A program made the translations under genes and the position numbers. Below are positions 38,447 to 48,644 of a stretch of DNA of 64,000 nt, piece by piece. A model generated the notes under the pieces. The model worked only from the letters and a program-made list of their open reading frames with translations. It did no database searches and was not told the origin of the DNA. The stretch comes from Candidatus Sulfotelmatobacter sp. (GTDB lineage Bacteria > Acidobacteriota > Terriglobia > Terriglobales > Acidobacteriaceae). How positions within the stretch are numbered: the first letter of the stretch is position 1; each line of letters opens with the position of its first letter. Location: positions 87,558 to 151,557 of the forward strand of contig JBAUXO010000355.1 of assembly GCA_049584315.1 (NCBI GenBank), in the 5' to 3' direction.

Positions 38447-39172
38447 ATGACAGCAATTGTGCAATGTTCCTTGATTCCGCATACAGATATGGCAAACACT
38501 TTACGTACACCTCAGGTCAGAACGGTTCTGAACCGACTATTCGCCGTAGCGGCCCATGATCAGGAAGCCCCTCGCTGGCGGAAGCCGGGCCTCTTATGGG
38601 AAACCGCTACCGCGCAAGAGCGGGCAGACGCCTCAGAGTCCACTTACATGTCCATCTCGCCGGAGGGCGGCGACCTGCTCTACATTCTCGTTCGAGCAAA
38701 GCGTCCGAACACCGTTATTGAGTTCGGTACGTCGTATGGAATTTCCGCCATCTATCTGGCCGCGGCAGTCGCCGACAACCGTGCGGGCCGCGTGCTCAGT
38801 ACCGAGCTGAGCGAGGCCAAGGCGCTGGCCGCTCGCGCAAACTTGAAGGAAGCTCGCCTCGCGGATCGCGTCACGATTCTGCTCGGCGATGCCATGACAA
38901 CTTTGAACGATATCCCGGGTCCGATCGACCTCGTACTGCTCGACGGTTGGAAGGACTTGTGCCTTCCAGTTCTGCGGTCGCTCGAATCTCGTCTGGCGAT
39001 CGGTGCGTTGATCGTGGCAGACGACATTAACCTCCCTTCCTTGAGCGCCTACCTTGAATATGTACGCCATCCTGCCAACGGATACATTTCGGTTGCCTTT
39101 CCCGTGGTAGACGGTATGGAAATAAGCTGCTGGACCGCTGATGGACCGTCCGAAGAAAAAGGTGCGTTATGA
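38447..39172 (+). CDS. Class I SAM-dependent (O-)methyltransferase
   Basis: 241 aa. Motif I is VIEFGTSYGISAIYLAAA, followed by RVTILLGDAMTTL and IDLVLLDGWKD. Confidence 0.7.
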   Translation: MTAIVQCSLIPHTDMANTLRTPQVRTVLNRLFAVAAHDQEAPRWRKPGLLWETATAQERADASESTYMSISPEGGDLLYILVRAKRPNTVIEFGTSYGISAIYLAAAVADNRAGRVLSTELSEAKALAARANLKEARLADRVTILLGDAMTTLNDIPGPIDLVLLDGWKDLCLPVLRSLESRLAIGALIVADDINLPSLSAYLEYVRHPANGYISVAFPVVDGMEISCWTADGPSEEKGAL

Positions 39173-39822
39173 CTATGGAAACCGAGAATTCGCTTTCGGT
39201 TGCCGCTCCCCCTGAAGTGCCCCGTCGGCCAACTCGCTCGTTCCGTTCCGTTCGATGGTTGAATGGAGGCGTTCATTGGATCAGCGCGTTCGTACTCGTT
39301 TACGCCTTCATCAGAAATGGTGAAACGACGCACGCGATGATGAACCCTGTCGCCATGACAGGCGAAGTGAAGTTGGGCCTCGTTGTCGGTCTCATTTTTC
39401 TTATCCGGTTTATCTGGGTGCAAAGCAGGCGCTCAGGCGGCGGGAGGTGGGTGGGGCCTTCGGTTCGAATCCCGCAATCCAAAGTCATGCGTATAACCGA
39501 TTGGGGAATCTATCTCGGGGTGGCGGCTTCGGTTGTTTCGGGGCTCTTGATTGCATACCTTCGACCAGGCGCTGCGATCATTCCCGAGAGCAGAGGGTTT
39601 TCGACCAGCAGCCCAGCTTTGAACTTTGCACTTGAGGCTCATGCCTTCGTTTCGATCGCCTTGGAATGGCTATGCGGCTTCCATGTCGTGTACTCGCTCT
39701 GGTACTGGCTAATAAAGAAAGCGCAATGGGGCAGCATTGCAAGTGTTTGGCTGGATCGAGCCGCACTTGCCGTAGGCCGTGTGGCAAGGTCGCATACCGG
39801 AGGAAAGAGCTTTCGTGCGTAG
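39169..39822 (+). CDS. Integral membrane protein, possibly cytochrome b561-like
   Basis: 217 aa. Its start overlaps the upstream stop (ATGA). It has 4 predicted TM helices with His at VHWISAF and EAHAFV...GFHVVY. The family call is tentative. Confidence 0.45.
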   Translation: MTMETENSLSVAAPPEVPRRPTRSFRSVRWLNGGVHWISAFVLVYAFIRNGETTHAMMNPVAMTGEVKLGLVVGLIFLIRFIWVQSRRSGGGRWVGPSVRIPQSKVMRITDWGIYLGVAASVVSGLLIAYLRPGAAIIPESRGFSTSSPALNFALEAHAFVSIALEWLCGFHVVYSLWYWLIKKAQWGSIASVWLDRAALAVGRVARSHTGGKSFRA

Positions 39823-39867
39823 GGGACCCTATTGAGACGACAATCTTCGAGAGCGGAAAGGAGCATC

Positions 39868-40400
39868 GTGAGTAGGACCTGGCTCATTACTGGCGCATCT
39901 GCGGGTTTGGCAGGCTAATGACGGAGCGCCTCCTTATCTGAGGGATCAGGCCGTGGCTACGGTACGACGTGACGATTCCGTTGCCGATCCGCGAGCGCGG
40001 CGTGTGGACCGACTGGTGGTGTCCATGCACGACCTCACAGACACCGCGCTATCCGGGAGGTAGTGGACAAATCATTTCGCCAGCAGGTCGGATCGATGTC
40101 AATGTTAGCAATGCGGGCTATGGGTTGTTCGGCACGGCCGAGGAGGTAACGGAGGCGCAGATGCATCATCAGATTGCGACCATACCCGAGCTTCAGCCTC
40201 TATCACGCGACCAAATGGGGCATCGAGGGGTTCACCGAGTCGGTGGTCCAGGAGGTCGCGCCTTGCGGAAACGACTTCATCATCGTCGATCCCGGTCCGA
40301 CCGCCACCAATGGCTGGCGAAAGGGGACCGGTTCGAGGTGGTCATCGCCAAGGCCGGACTAATGGTCATGACCCAACCCCTAACAACTGGACCATCTAGA
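39868..40400 (+). pseudogene. Short-chain dehydrogenase/reductase pseudogene (frameshifts plus an internal deletion)
   Basis: The GTG start with GGAAAGGAG RBS gives MSRTWLITGASAGLAG-stop. Other frames continue as ...RIDVNVSNAGYGLFGTAEEVTEAQMHHQIAT and SLYHATKWGIEGFTESVVQEVAPCG..FIIVDPGPTATN. The segment between the NAG and YxxxK blocks is missing. Confidence 0.75.
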
Positions 40401-40786
40401 ATGTGAGTTCAGGAGAACGGCAATGAAGGGCACACGACACAGCGAAGAGGAAATCATCGCGATCCTGAACTGTTTCCTTCGTATACGTATAGATCAAGTG
40501 CCGCACCACCGGGTCGCGAGCAAGAGAACTTTCCAATATGGCACACTCGCATGACGGTAGTCGTATTCCCAGCGGAAAGTGATCCATTCCTTGGGCATGT
40601 AGTCAAAACGTGATCGCACTGTTCCAGGTCTATATAGCGGCTGCCGCGGGGCGCTTCCGTCTCGATTTAAAATACAGCCAACCGTACTCAAGAACATCCA
40701 ACGGGAGGGGATGTTAATGTCTGCTCGCATAGGCTTTTCGAGGAGTCGAAAATGAGCAAAGCCGTGCGTCTCGACGCGGTGAGCAC

Positions 40787-41525
40787 TTGACTCAGCGATC
40801 ACAATTAGACGCAGAGAAATCTCTGTTGGCGCGGCACGAGGCCCTTTTTCGTGTGTCTCACGCCATCAACGTTTATCGAGATCCCAAAGAGTTGTTTAGG
40901 GTTCTTGCGAATGAACTGCGGCACGTCGTGGACTTCGACTTTGCAGCTTTGTTCTTGTACGATCAGGCGACGAATAAGATCCAGAATTCTGTACTTGAAA
41001 CGCTGCAGGGGCCAGGATTCTTAATCCCCTCTGATTTTCCCGCAGAAGAAACAATCACGTGGTGGGTGTACCACCATCAAGAGGCCCGTCCTCATATTCT
41101 CGCGTGAGGAAGAGGAGCGGTTTCCCAGGATGATGGAAGTCCACAAACATTACGGTGTGGAGTCCTCGTGCGTCTTGCCGTTAACAACAGCCTATCGACG
41201 CTTGGGCAGTTTGAGTTTCGGTGCCCGATTTCCTAACGCTTATTCCTCCAATGAAATTCGTTATCTCTGTTTGGTCGCGGAGCAGGTGGCACTGGCGGTG
41301 GACAATGCACTGCGTGAAGAGGAACGCAGCAAGAAACTGACAGGCTCCAAGTTGGACACGTTACTGAGCCAAGGCTATAGCATGGATCCCGATCCGTTGC
41401 CCTTCTCGGCTAACTGGGTGAGCGGTGTGTTCTTTTGGGAGTGGGCGGACACTGCCGTGCCCTATAACTCAAGCTCTGGTTCCGTCTGGGAAGAGGTCAA
41501 CACGGACATGCAGAGCCAGCCGTAA
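40787..41525 (+). pseudogene. GAF-domain regulator fragment, frameshifted and lacking an output domain
   Basis: ORF 40787..41107 (...ELFRVLANELRHVVDFDFAALFLYDQATNKIQ...WWVYHHQE) continues in another frame as EEEERFPRMMEVHKHYGVESSCVLPLTTAYRRLGSLSFG...VAEQVALAVDNA (41130..41525). The C-terminus is unrelated sequence. Confidence 0.65.
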
Positions 41526-41813
41526 GAGCCAACTGTAATCCGGCAGAAAGGGCCAGCCAGACCAGTCTGTTACGAAACACTTGGCGGCTTTTCTAAGCAA
41601 TGAGAGAACCTGAAACGAATGCTGAACCTGCTGGGCGGAACTCGCTTGCGAGCAGCACTAGGCTCCTAACCATGGGATCCCTTCGCATCCGAGCCCGAAC
41701 GCGAAAAAGCGATCTCCGCATCTCCCGAACATCGCTTCTTCATCACTTAGGGCCCCCAGTTTCGTAACAGACGGATGGCCCTTCTTCTGCTTCTAGCCCT
41801 CCGGATTGCCCCA

Positions 41814-42656
41814 TCAGTTTTTGCGCACAGAGATTACCGAAGCCGTGTAGCGATCACCGCGCAGCAAAGAGAGACTGTATTCGATGGCAACGTTCTGAGC
41901 GTCATATGTTGTCTCGCGGATCATCAGTAGCGCGTTTCCGGCAGACGTTTCAAGTATCTTAGCTTCCTCTTCTCCGGCAACCACAGCTCCGATCACTTCT
42001 TCTGCACAGAGCAGCTTGCGCTTGTAGCCGTGCTCAAAAATGGAATAGAGAGACTGTTTTTCCAAGTCTTGTTTGTCGATCCCTGCAAAAATGCGTGCGG
42101 GAAGATAACTGGTTACGACGGCCACCGGTTCGCCATTGACAGAGCGGAGGCGTCGGGCCCGGTAGACGCGCTCTCCAGGAGTAAGTTTCAGGGCCTGCGC
42201 CACTTCCAAGTCAGGATCTTCCAGACCGATGCTCAACAGGCGGGCAGACGGATTAAGTCCACGCCTCCGCATCTCTTCGCTGAAGCCACGAAGCTGTTGA
42301 AAATTCCAGGGCACGCGTCCGGAACCGACGACCGGCCGCTTCCCCTTCGCGACCACCAAAAGCCCTTCGGATCGCAATTTTTGAAATGCCTGGCGGACAG
42401 GCATCTTGCTGATCTTCAGCGCTTGAGCAATCTCGCCCTCCGAGCAGAAAGTCTGGCCTTCTCTCAACTTGTTCTTCTTTATCAGCTCGCGCACATGATC
42501 AACGATCTGCATGTAATAGGGCACAAAGCTGTTGCTGTCGATCGTCAGATCGAGCCTCTCCACCGTGACGAGATCGGGTACTCGAGTGGGTTGCGACAAA
42601 GGTCCCCCTCCGGTGGCAAACGAACGTAGTATACAACGTATATATGAAGCTTTCAA
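41814..42656 (-). CDS. GntR-family regulator, HutC/NagR-type (wHTH + UTRA effector domain)
   Basis: VPYYMQIVDHVRELIKKNKLREGQTFCSEGEIAQALKISKMPVRQAFQKLRSEGLLVVAKGKRPVV, followed by a UTRA-like C-terminal half. The true start may be the GTG at 42563 (VERLDLT...). Confidence 0.85.
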   Translation of the reverse strand: MKASYIRCILRSFATGGGPLSQPTRVPDLVTVERLDLTIDSNSFVPYYMQIVDHVRELIKKNKLREGQTFCSEGEIAQALKISKMPVRQAFQKLRSEGLLVVAKGKRPVVGSGRVPWNFQQLRGFSEEMRRRGLNPSARLLSIGLEDPDLEVAQALKLTPGERVYRARRLRSVNGEPVAVVTSYLPARIFAGIDKQDLEKQSLYSIFEHGYKRKLLCAEEVIGAVVAGEEEAKILETSAGNALLMIRETTYDAQNVAIEYSLSLLRGDRYTASVISVRKN

Positions 42657-42843
42657 TCAATCTTCGTCTAGACTCCCCGCGTTAGCAATCTGTGGCTGTT
42701 GTACGCAATTAAAAACAATATTATCAACTGCTTAACTTGACTCTTGCGACTGCATAAAAGACGGCCTCGGTAGGTCGTGGAGAGAATGTTCTTGACACCA
42801 TATATACATACGAGGTTCATATGCTTCGTACCGGAGATTGCCT

Positions 42844-45800
42844 ATGATGGCCAAGCTTGCCATTCCCGAGTATCAAAAGCGTGTGCACTTCACTTCCTGC
42901 CAGAACATGACTCGCGTCATCGGGATTATTTTCTTGTTGTGCGCGGCTTGCACTGTGGAAGCTCAAGTGGAGTCGGGGAGAATTGTCGGTACTGTCAGGG
43001 ACGCTTCCGGCGCGATCCTATCGGCAGCCACGGTGACTGTCACCGAAACACAGACGAACGCAGAGAGAAAAATCACGAGCAATAGCGAAGGTGAATATGT
43101 GGTCACCGAACTGAAACCCGGAACGTACACCGTGAAAGCACAGCGGCAGGGTTTCAAAACGGCGGTTGAGTCTGCATTCAAGCTCGATATCAACCAGGTT
43201 GTGCGGGTAGATTTCTCCTTGGTCGTGGGGTCTGTGCAGGAAAAAGTGATAGTTACTGCCGCCGAACCGCTGGTGGAATCAGAAACCTCATCAATCGGGC
43301 AGGTGATCGATGAAAGCCGAGTTCGCCAGCTCCCCCTTAATGGACGCGACTTCATTCAGCTCGCCTATTTGAGCCCTGGAGTCAACATGGGCCCGGCCAG
43401 CACCGGCAGCACTGGTAACGTACAGCAGGGCGATATCCCCGAGGACGAGCGCGGAAACGGTTCGATCCAGGTGAATGGCCTATGGGCGACCAACAACAAC
43501 TACCTTTTGAACGGATTCGACAACAACGAACAACAGATAGGTTTCGAATTGATCGAGCCGCCCATTGATGCCATCCAGGAATTCAAAGTTCAAACCAACA
43601 ACTTCGGTGCCGATATCGGGAAGGGCGGGGCGGTCGTCAACGTTGTGACCAAGGCAGGCACCAACCGCTTTCACGGCAGCGCATTCGAGTTTCTTCGGAA
43701 TTCCTACATGGATGCAAAGAACTATTTCGACGATCCCACCCAGCCCATCCCGCCCTTCAAACGCAACGAGTTTGGTGGCGCATTCGGAGGACCGATCATT
43801 CGAGATCGCACTTTCTTCTTCGTCGACTATCAGGGACGGCGCATCCGCACCTCCGAAACGTATCTTTCCCCTGTGCCCAGTCCCTCAGAGGTTGGTGGAA
43901 ACTTTTCCGATCTCTTAACCGGTACTTCCCCTACGGTTGTCGTTGACCCAGTGACGAACACTCAGTTCATGGGGAATGGCTCGCAGCCGAACGTCATTTC
44001 GGCCTGTGCGACTCCTGGAGGTCTTAGTTCGATCGGTCAGGCGTGTCTCGATCCCGCGGCGCTGAATGTGGTCGCGCTTTTCCCGCGACCGAATGTTTCA
44101 CCCAACCTCGGGGATCTGTTTCGCCTTAATCCGGTCAACCAGAACAATCAGGACGCGTTCGACGTTCGTGTCGATCACCAGATCAGTTCCCAAAATAACT
44201 TTTTCGGCATCTTCAGCTACGGTAACGTCCAGAACCACAATCCCGACCCGTTTCCTGGAATTGCCGGCGGAGGCTCATTCACCGGCAACATCAACAACAA
44301 AGCACTGCTTGCGGGACTCAGCGATGTGAACGTGTTTTCTCCCACCAAGATCAACGAACTGAAGATCGGCTACGCGCGCTACGTGGTCGATGCCGTTCCC
44401 TTTTTTGAAGGACAGCAACTTGCGACGCAATTAGGGATTCCCGGAATCAACGATCCGAATAACCCCCTCACGGGCGGCCTGCCCAACATCCAGATCAGCG
44501 GGTTGAACCCCTTGGGCAACGGCGACTGGTTCCCCGAAAATTTGCGCGAGGATAATTATCAATTGCTGGATTCCTTCACCTACATTCACGGTCGTCATTC
44601 CTTCAAGATGGGAGGCGATCTGCGCCGCCGCGAGCACGGTTTTTTTCAGGTTCAAAATACTCGAGGAGACCTCTTCTACACGGGCCAATTTACCAACGAC
44701 CCGCTCGCCGACTTTCTCATCGGTTACACGCAGAGTCTTTTCCGCGACGCACAAACAGGAAGTTACGGCATGCGCTGGTGGGAGTTTGGCACCTATCTGA
44801 TGGATGACTACCGCGTTTCTGACAGGCTCACTCTCAACTTTGGAGTACGTTATGACATCTACACGCCCATGGTCGAAGAGTACAATCGCCTGGCCAACTT
44901 CGACTTTGCCACCGGCCTGTTTGTCGCTCCCGGAGTCACGCCCGGCACTACTCGCTCCGGCGATGTAGCCACTAACTGGAAGAACTTTTCTCCCCGCATC
45001 GGTTTTGCATATTCCCTGGGCAGCGACAATAAAACAGCAGTGCGCGGTGGCTACGGCATTTTCTATGATATGCAAGCGGACCAGAACGACACCGAACTGG
45101 CCTACAATGACTTGCCCGGTGTCTATGGCAGCCAGTCTTTCACTGCGCCTCTGGGACCAACTCCGGTCATGATTCTGTCCCAGGGCCCACCCGCGATTAT
45201 TTTTTCGAGTATCACGAACCCCACAGGCCGCGCCAGTGCCGCCTATTTCCACAATCCCACGACCTACATCGAGGAATGGAACCTGAACGTCGAGCGCCAG
45301 CTCGGCAAGGACATGGTCCTCCAGGTTGGATACGAGGGCACGCGGGGCGTGCACCTGACTTACTTGAGAAACCTGAATCAGGCCACGACACCAACGTGGG
45401 AAAATTTTTCTGGCCCCACCGGAAACGAAGGACGACCTTACGACTCCACCGTTCCCAACATCGCTGCTATCCGCACCGAGGGGCACGACATCAGTCTGAG
45501 CAATAACGGCTTGCAAGTGCGTCTTGAGAAACGGTCCTCCCATGGATGGAGCATGCTCGATAGTTACACTTACCAGCACACCATCGGTCAGGCCACCGAG
45601 AGCGAAGTGCCCAACTCTGACGGAGAACCGCAAGACACCTACAACATGCGCGCCGAGCGCGGAAACGTCACCCCCGACTTTCGACACCAGTTCACTTCAG
45701 CGTGGTCCTATGAAATCCCGTTTGGCCCCGGGAAGCGCTTCTTCAACGGCTCAGGGCCCAGGCGCTGGATTGCCGGAGGCTGGCAGTTGAACGGGATTAT

Positions 45801-46329
45801 TTCGCTCTATTCAGGCCAGGCGTTCACCCCCTATTTGTCGTACGATCCAACCAATACCGGTTCTGGAGGCCCACGGCCAGATTTAGTCGGCAATCCTTAT
45901 AACTTCTCCAATGCTGGCGCAGGTTTCAATTACGGCAACAATGCGGTCGGAGGTCCGACGCCAGACTGCAGCACTTCGACAAGCAAGAATATCAACTGCT
46001 GGTTTAATCCGTCTGCCTTCGCATTGCCCGCGATTGCCTCCGGTCAGCCGACGCCACCGTCTGGAACGAGCTACGCGACAACGTGGGGAAACGCAACCCG
46101 CGGCAGCCTGCGTGGGCCAGCCTTTTACGATACTGACTTCTCCATCTTCAAAGACTTCAAACTTAAAGAGAGTAGCCAACTGGAACTGCGGGGCGAGATC
46201 TTCAATCTCTTCAATACGCCGCAGTTCGCGCTACCCAATAACCTGGTTGACACTCCGAATGCCGGGCAGATCACAAGCACGCTCCATGAGTCCCGGCAGA
46301 TCCAAGTCTCGGTAAATATTTCGTTTTAG
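42844..46329 (+). CDS. TonB-dependent-receptor-like outer-membrane protein with carboxypeptidase-regulatory-like N-domain (TBDR-3)
   Basis: From ORF 42838..46329. The ATG at 42844 lies 6 nt after GGAGA, with an alternative at 42907 (MTRVIGIIFLLCAACTVEAQ). GRIVGTVRDASGAILSAATVTVTE...YTVKAQRQGF. The protein ends QVSVNISF. Confidence 0.85.
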   Translation: MMAKLAIPEYQKRVHFTSCQNMTRVIGIIFLLCAACTVEAQVESGRIVGTVRDASGAILSAATVTVTETQTNAERKITSNSEGEYVVTELKPGTYTVKAQRQGFKTAVESAFKLDINQVVRVDFSLVVGSVQEKVIVTAAEPLVESETSSIGQVIDESRVRQLPLNGRDFIQLAYLSPGVNMGPASTGSTGNVQQGDIPEDERGNGSIQVNGLWATNNNYLLNGFDNNEQQIGFELIEPPIDAIQEFKVQTNNFGADIGKGGAVVNVVTKAGTNRFHGSAFEFLRNSYMDAKNYFDDPTQPIPPFKRNEFGGAFGGPIIRDRTFFFVDYQGRRIRTSETYLSPVPSPSEVGGNFSDLLTGTSPTVVVDPVTNTQFMGNGSQPNVISACATPGGLSSIGQACLDPAALNVVALFPRPNVSPNLGDLFRLNPVNQNNQDAFDVRVDHQISSQNNFFGIFSYGNVQNHNPDPFPGIAGGGSFTGNINNKALLAGLSDVNVFSPTKINELKIGYARYVVDAVPFFEGQQLATQLGIPGINDPNNPLTGGLPNIQISGLNPLGNGDWFPENLREDNYQLLDSFTYIHGRHSFKMGGDLRRREHGFFQVQNTRGDLFYTGQFTNDPLADFLIGYTQSLFRDAQTGSYGMRWWEFGTYLMDDYRVSDRLTLNFGVRYDIYTPMVEEYNRLANFDFATGLFVAPGVTPGTTRSGDVATNWKNFSPRIGFAYSLGSDNKTAVRGGYGIFYDMQADQNDTELAYNDLPGVYGSQSFTAPLGPTPVMILSQGPPAIIFSSITNPTGRASAAYFHNPTTYIEEWNLNVERQLGKDMVLQVGYEGTRGVHLTYLRNLNQATTPTWENFSGPTGNEGRPYDSTVPNIAAIRTEGHDISLSNNGLQVRLEKRSSHGWSMLDSYTYQHTIGQATESEVPNSDGEPQDTYNMRAERGNVTPDFRHQFTSAWSYEIPFGPGKRFFNGSGPRRWIAGGWQLNGIISLYSGQAFTPYLSYDPTNTGSGGPRPDLVGNPYNFSNAGAGFNYGNNAVGGPTPDCSTSTSKNINCWFNPSAFALPAIASGQPTPPSGTSYATTWGNATRGSLRGPAFYDTDFSIFKDFKLKESSQLELRGEIFNLFNTPQFALPNNLVDTPNAGQITSTLHESRQIQVSVNISF

Positions 46330-46420
46330 TACTTTATCTGAGCCGATTCGAAAGCAGTTCCTGATTCCTCAGCCTGCAGCTACACTTTGCCGCAAGAGAA
46401 CCTCAGGAGGCAATGAACGC

Positions 46421-48610
46421 ATGAAGTTTAGAGAAACTCGGCAAGTTGCGATCGCCCTGGTCGCAATCTTCATCACGTTCCTCCCGTCGTTTGTTTTTGC
46501 CAGAGAGAGTTCTAATTCCAAGAACACCCCGGCGGCTGATTCCGCAAAGCCCTTGTCCCCTGTCCATCTCGAGGGCAATTATTTCTCACACGACGGCCAT
46601 CGTTTTATCCCGGTTGGCGCAAACTGGGTCCCGGCAAAGGCGGCCATGCAATGGCCCACGCAGTGGGACCCGAAAGCGATCGAAGCCGATTTCGCGCGTA
46701 TGCACGATCTCGGCTTCAACACCATTCGTCTCGATTTCGTTTGGGCTTGGATCGAGCCCCGCCCCGGCGACTACAATCCGGAAGCACTTCGCGCGCTGGA
46801 TTTCCTGGTTTCTCTTGCTCATCGTTATCACATTTATCTGCATCCCAGTCTCCTAATCGGCGGGGAAGTGGGTGAAGCGTATTGGGACGTGCCATACCGC
46901 CAAGGTCGGCATCCTCATTCCGATCCCGATATGCTGCGCATCGAGACCGACCACGTAGCCGAGCTGGCCCGTCGCTATGGAAAAGAAACAGCAATTCTCG
47001 GCTGGGATCTAACCGATGAACCTCCGTTTTGGATTGTGCCAGATAGCACCACAGACGCGATGGCCATCAACTGGACACGGCTGCTTACCTGGTCGATCCG
47101 CCGTCACGATTCGCTGCATCCGATTGTCGTCGGGACCAGCATGGAGGATGTGGGTCGCGGTCCGTTTCGCCCCGATAATCTCCGCGAAGAAGCAGACTTC
47201 TTTAGCGTTCACCCTTACTCGATTTATGCGCCCAAACTTTTCCCCGATGCCATGCTCTCCGAGCGCGGCACCTATGGCTCAGCCTTCGAGACGGCGCTGT
47301 CGGGCGGGGCCGGGCGTCCGGTCATGGTGCAGGAGATCGGAGCTTCGTCGGCCCAATACGATCCCGATCAGATTGCAAAGTTTCTCCGCGTGAGCCTGTA
47401 CTCAGGACTGGGCGCAGGAGCAAACGGATTCCTTCTCTGGTGCTTTACCGATGCTGCGCCGGAACAGTTCCACAAAGTCCCCTACCTTCGCTCTCCTCAT
47501 GAAACCCAATTCGGTTTGACTACTTGGGACGGTAAAGATCGGCCTTCCGCAAAAATGTTTAAGGAGTTCGAGGATATAGTCAGCCGACTGGATCTCAGCG
47601 GAATTGAGCCGGCGCCAGCGGAGGCCGGCATCATTGTTCCTTATGAGTGGTCAAAGCCGCATGGTGACTTCTCTCACTTTGGCCTGACCGGACCGGAAGT
47701 TGTTCCTTACACTTCGACGGATGAAGGCGCGAATGTAGCGGGACAATCGCAGCCCACTTTTAGCGAAGAAAACCTCTGGATTACGGGTTCCTGGGTGTCA
47801 TCTTTTGTGCTTGCGCGACGCGCGGGTATGAAGGCAGATTTCCCGCGAGAGTATGACGACTGGCAGACGCGCCCGATGGTGCTGATGCCCTCACCATTGA
47901 CCAGTACCGATAGCTTTATCGTTCACGTGCACTCGGATTTCTGGCAAAAAGCAAAGCAATACGTCTCGAACGGAGGCGCGCTCTACGCGTCAGTTGCGGC
48001 GGACGCTGCGATACCCGAGATGGAGTCTTTGTTTGGGGCAAGGATGGTCGATGCCAACCCGAAAGATGACATCACGCTGAAGGTAGTCGCCCCGTTTGGT
48101 GACTTAAAGGTCGGCGAAACTTTTCATTACTCCGTGTCTTCCGCAACACCTCGTTCCTGGGGTGCGATCCTTGAAGTCAAGGGCGGCACGGTGATCGCGG
48201 TCGACCAAGACGGCAGGCCTGCCTTGGTCGCCAACACTGTGGGCTCGGGCAAGACTCTGCTAAGCGCCTATCCGCTGGAGAACTATCTCGCCAATCTGCC
48301 GTCGGCTTTTGATAAGCCCGAGAGCACGTACCGAATTTATGAGGCCTTTCGCCAATGGTCGGGCGTAAAAACACTCTTTCGAAGCGATCAGCCCTCGGTC
48401 GAGGTCTGTGCCTTGAGCGCAGGAACTCACGGATACGCGGTTGTAACCAACCACAGTTCGGAGGAACAAAAGGTGACAATCACCGCGGCCGGCCTGCTCC
48501 ATTCAATCAACAGAATAACGCCGCAAGGCGCGATGCCACTCCCAATTACCCGCGCCACGTTCAAACTCGATATAGGAGCGTATGAGGGCGCGGTTTTGGA
48601 GTGGAAGTAA
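46421..48610 (+). CDS. Secreted clan GH-A glycoside hydrolase (GH5/GH42-like TIM barrel with a C-terminal GH42-type accessory region)
   Basis: 729 aa with signal peptide ...FLPSFVFARE. FNTIRLDFVWAWIEPRPGDYNPEALRALDFLV, GWDLTDEP (acid/base Glu context) and PVMVQEIGAS (nucleophile Glu context). Confidence 0.7.
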   Translation: MKFRETRQVAIALVAIFITFLPSFVFARESSNSKNTPAADSAKPLSPVHLEGNYFSHDGHRFIPVGANWVPAKAAMQWPTQWDPKAIEADFARMHDLGFNTIRLDFVWAWIEPRPGDYNPEALRALDFLVSLAHRYHIYLHPSLLIGGEVGEAYWDVPYRQGRHPHSDPDMLRIETDHVAELARRYGKETAILGWDLTDEPPFWIVPDSTTDAMAINWTRLLTWSIRRHDSLHPIVVGTSMEDVGRGPFRPDNLREEADFFSVHPYSIYAPKLFPDAMLSERGTYGSAFETALSGGAGRPVMVQEIGASSAQYDPDQIAKFLRVSLYSGLGAGANGFLLWCFTDAAPEQFHKVPYLRSPHETQFGLTTWDGKDRPSAKMFKEFEDIVSRLDLSGIEPAPAEAGIIVPYEWSKPHGDFSHFGLTGPEVVPYTSTDEGANVAGQSQPTFSEENLWITGSWVSSFVLARRAGMKADFPREYDDWQTRPMVLMPSPLTSTDSFIVHVHSDFWQKAKQYVSNGGALYASVAADAAIPEMESLFGARMVDANPKDDITLKVVAPFGDLKVGETFHYSVSSATPRSWGAILEVKGGTVIAVDQDGRPALVANTVGSGKTLLSAYPLENYLANLPSAFDKPESTYRIYEAFRQWSGVKTLFRSDQPSVEVCALSAGTHGYAVVTNHSSEEQKVTITAAGLLHSINRITPQGAMPLPITRATFKLDIGAYEGAVLEWK

Positions 48611-48644
48611 CTGGGAAGGCCAGCACGATGAATAGGAGAAGCCG

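Noticed and set aside
40494-40802. 102-aa minus-strand ORF with FDYMPKEWITFRWEYDYRHASVPYW
   Set aside because: It looks like a short internal piece of a beta-barrel OMP, but it has no signal peptide, no barrel length and no clear family. It is noted only as a fragment within the graveyard finding.
44431-45687. 418-aa antisense ORF inside TBDR-3
   Set aside because: This is a shadow ORF typical of GC-rich coding DNA. It has no RBS, a low-complexity Gly/Val/Ala-rich translation, and full overlap with a gene that has clear family motifs. The same reasoning applies to 8221..8955, 5592..6332, 15601..16221, 34443..35558, 48561..49478, 60842..61423 and 63112..63885.
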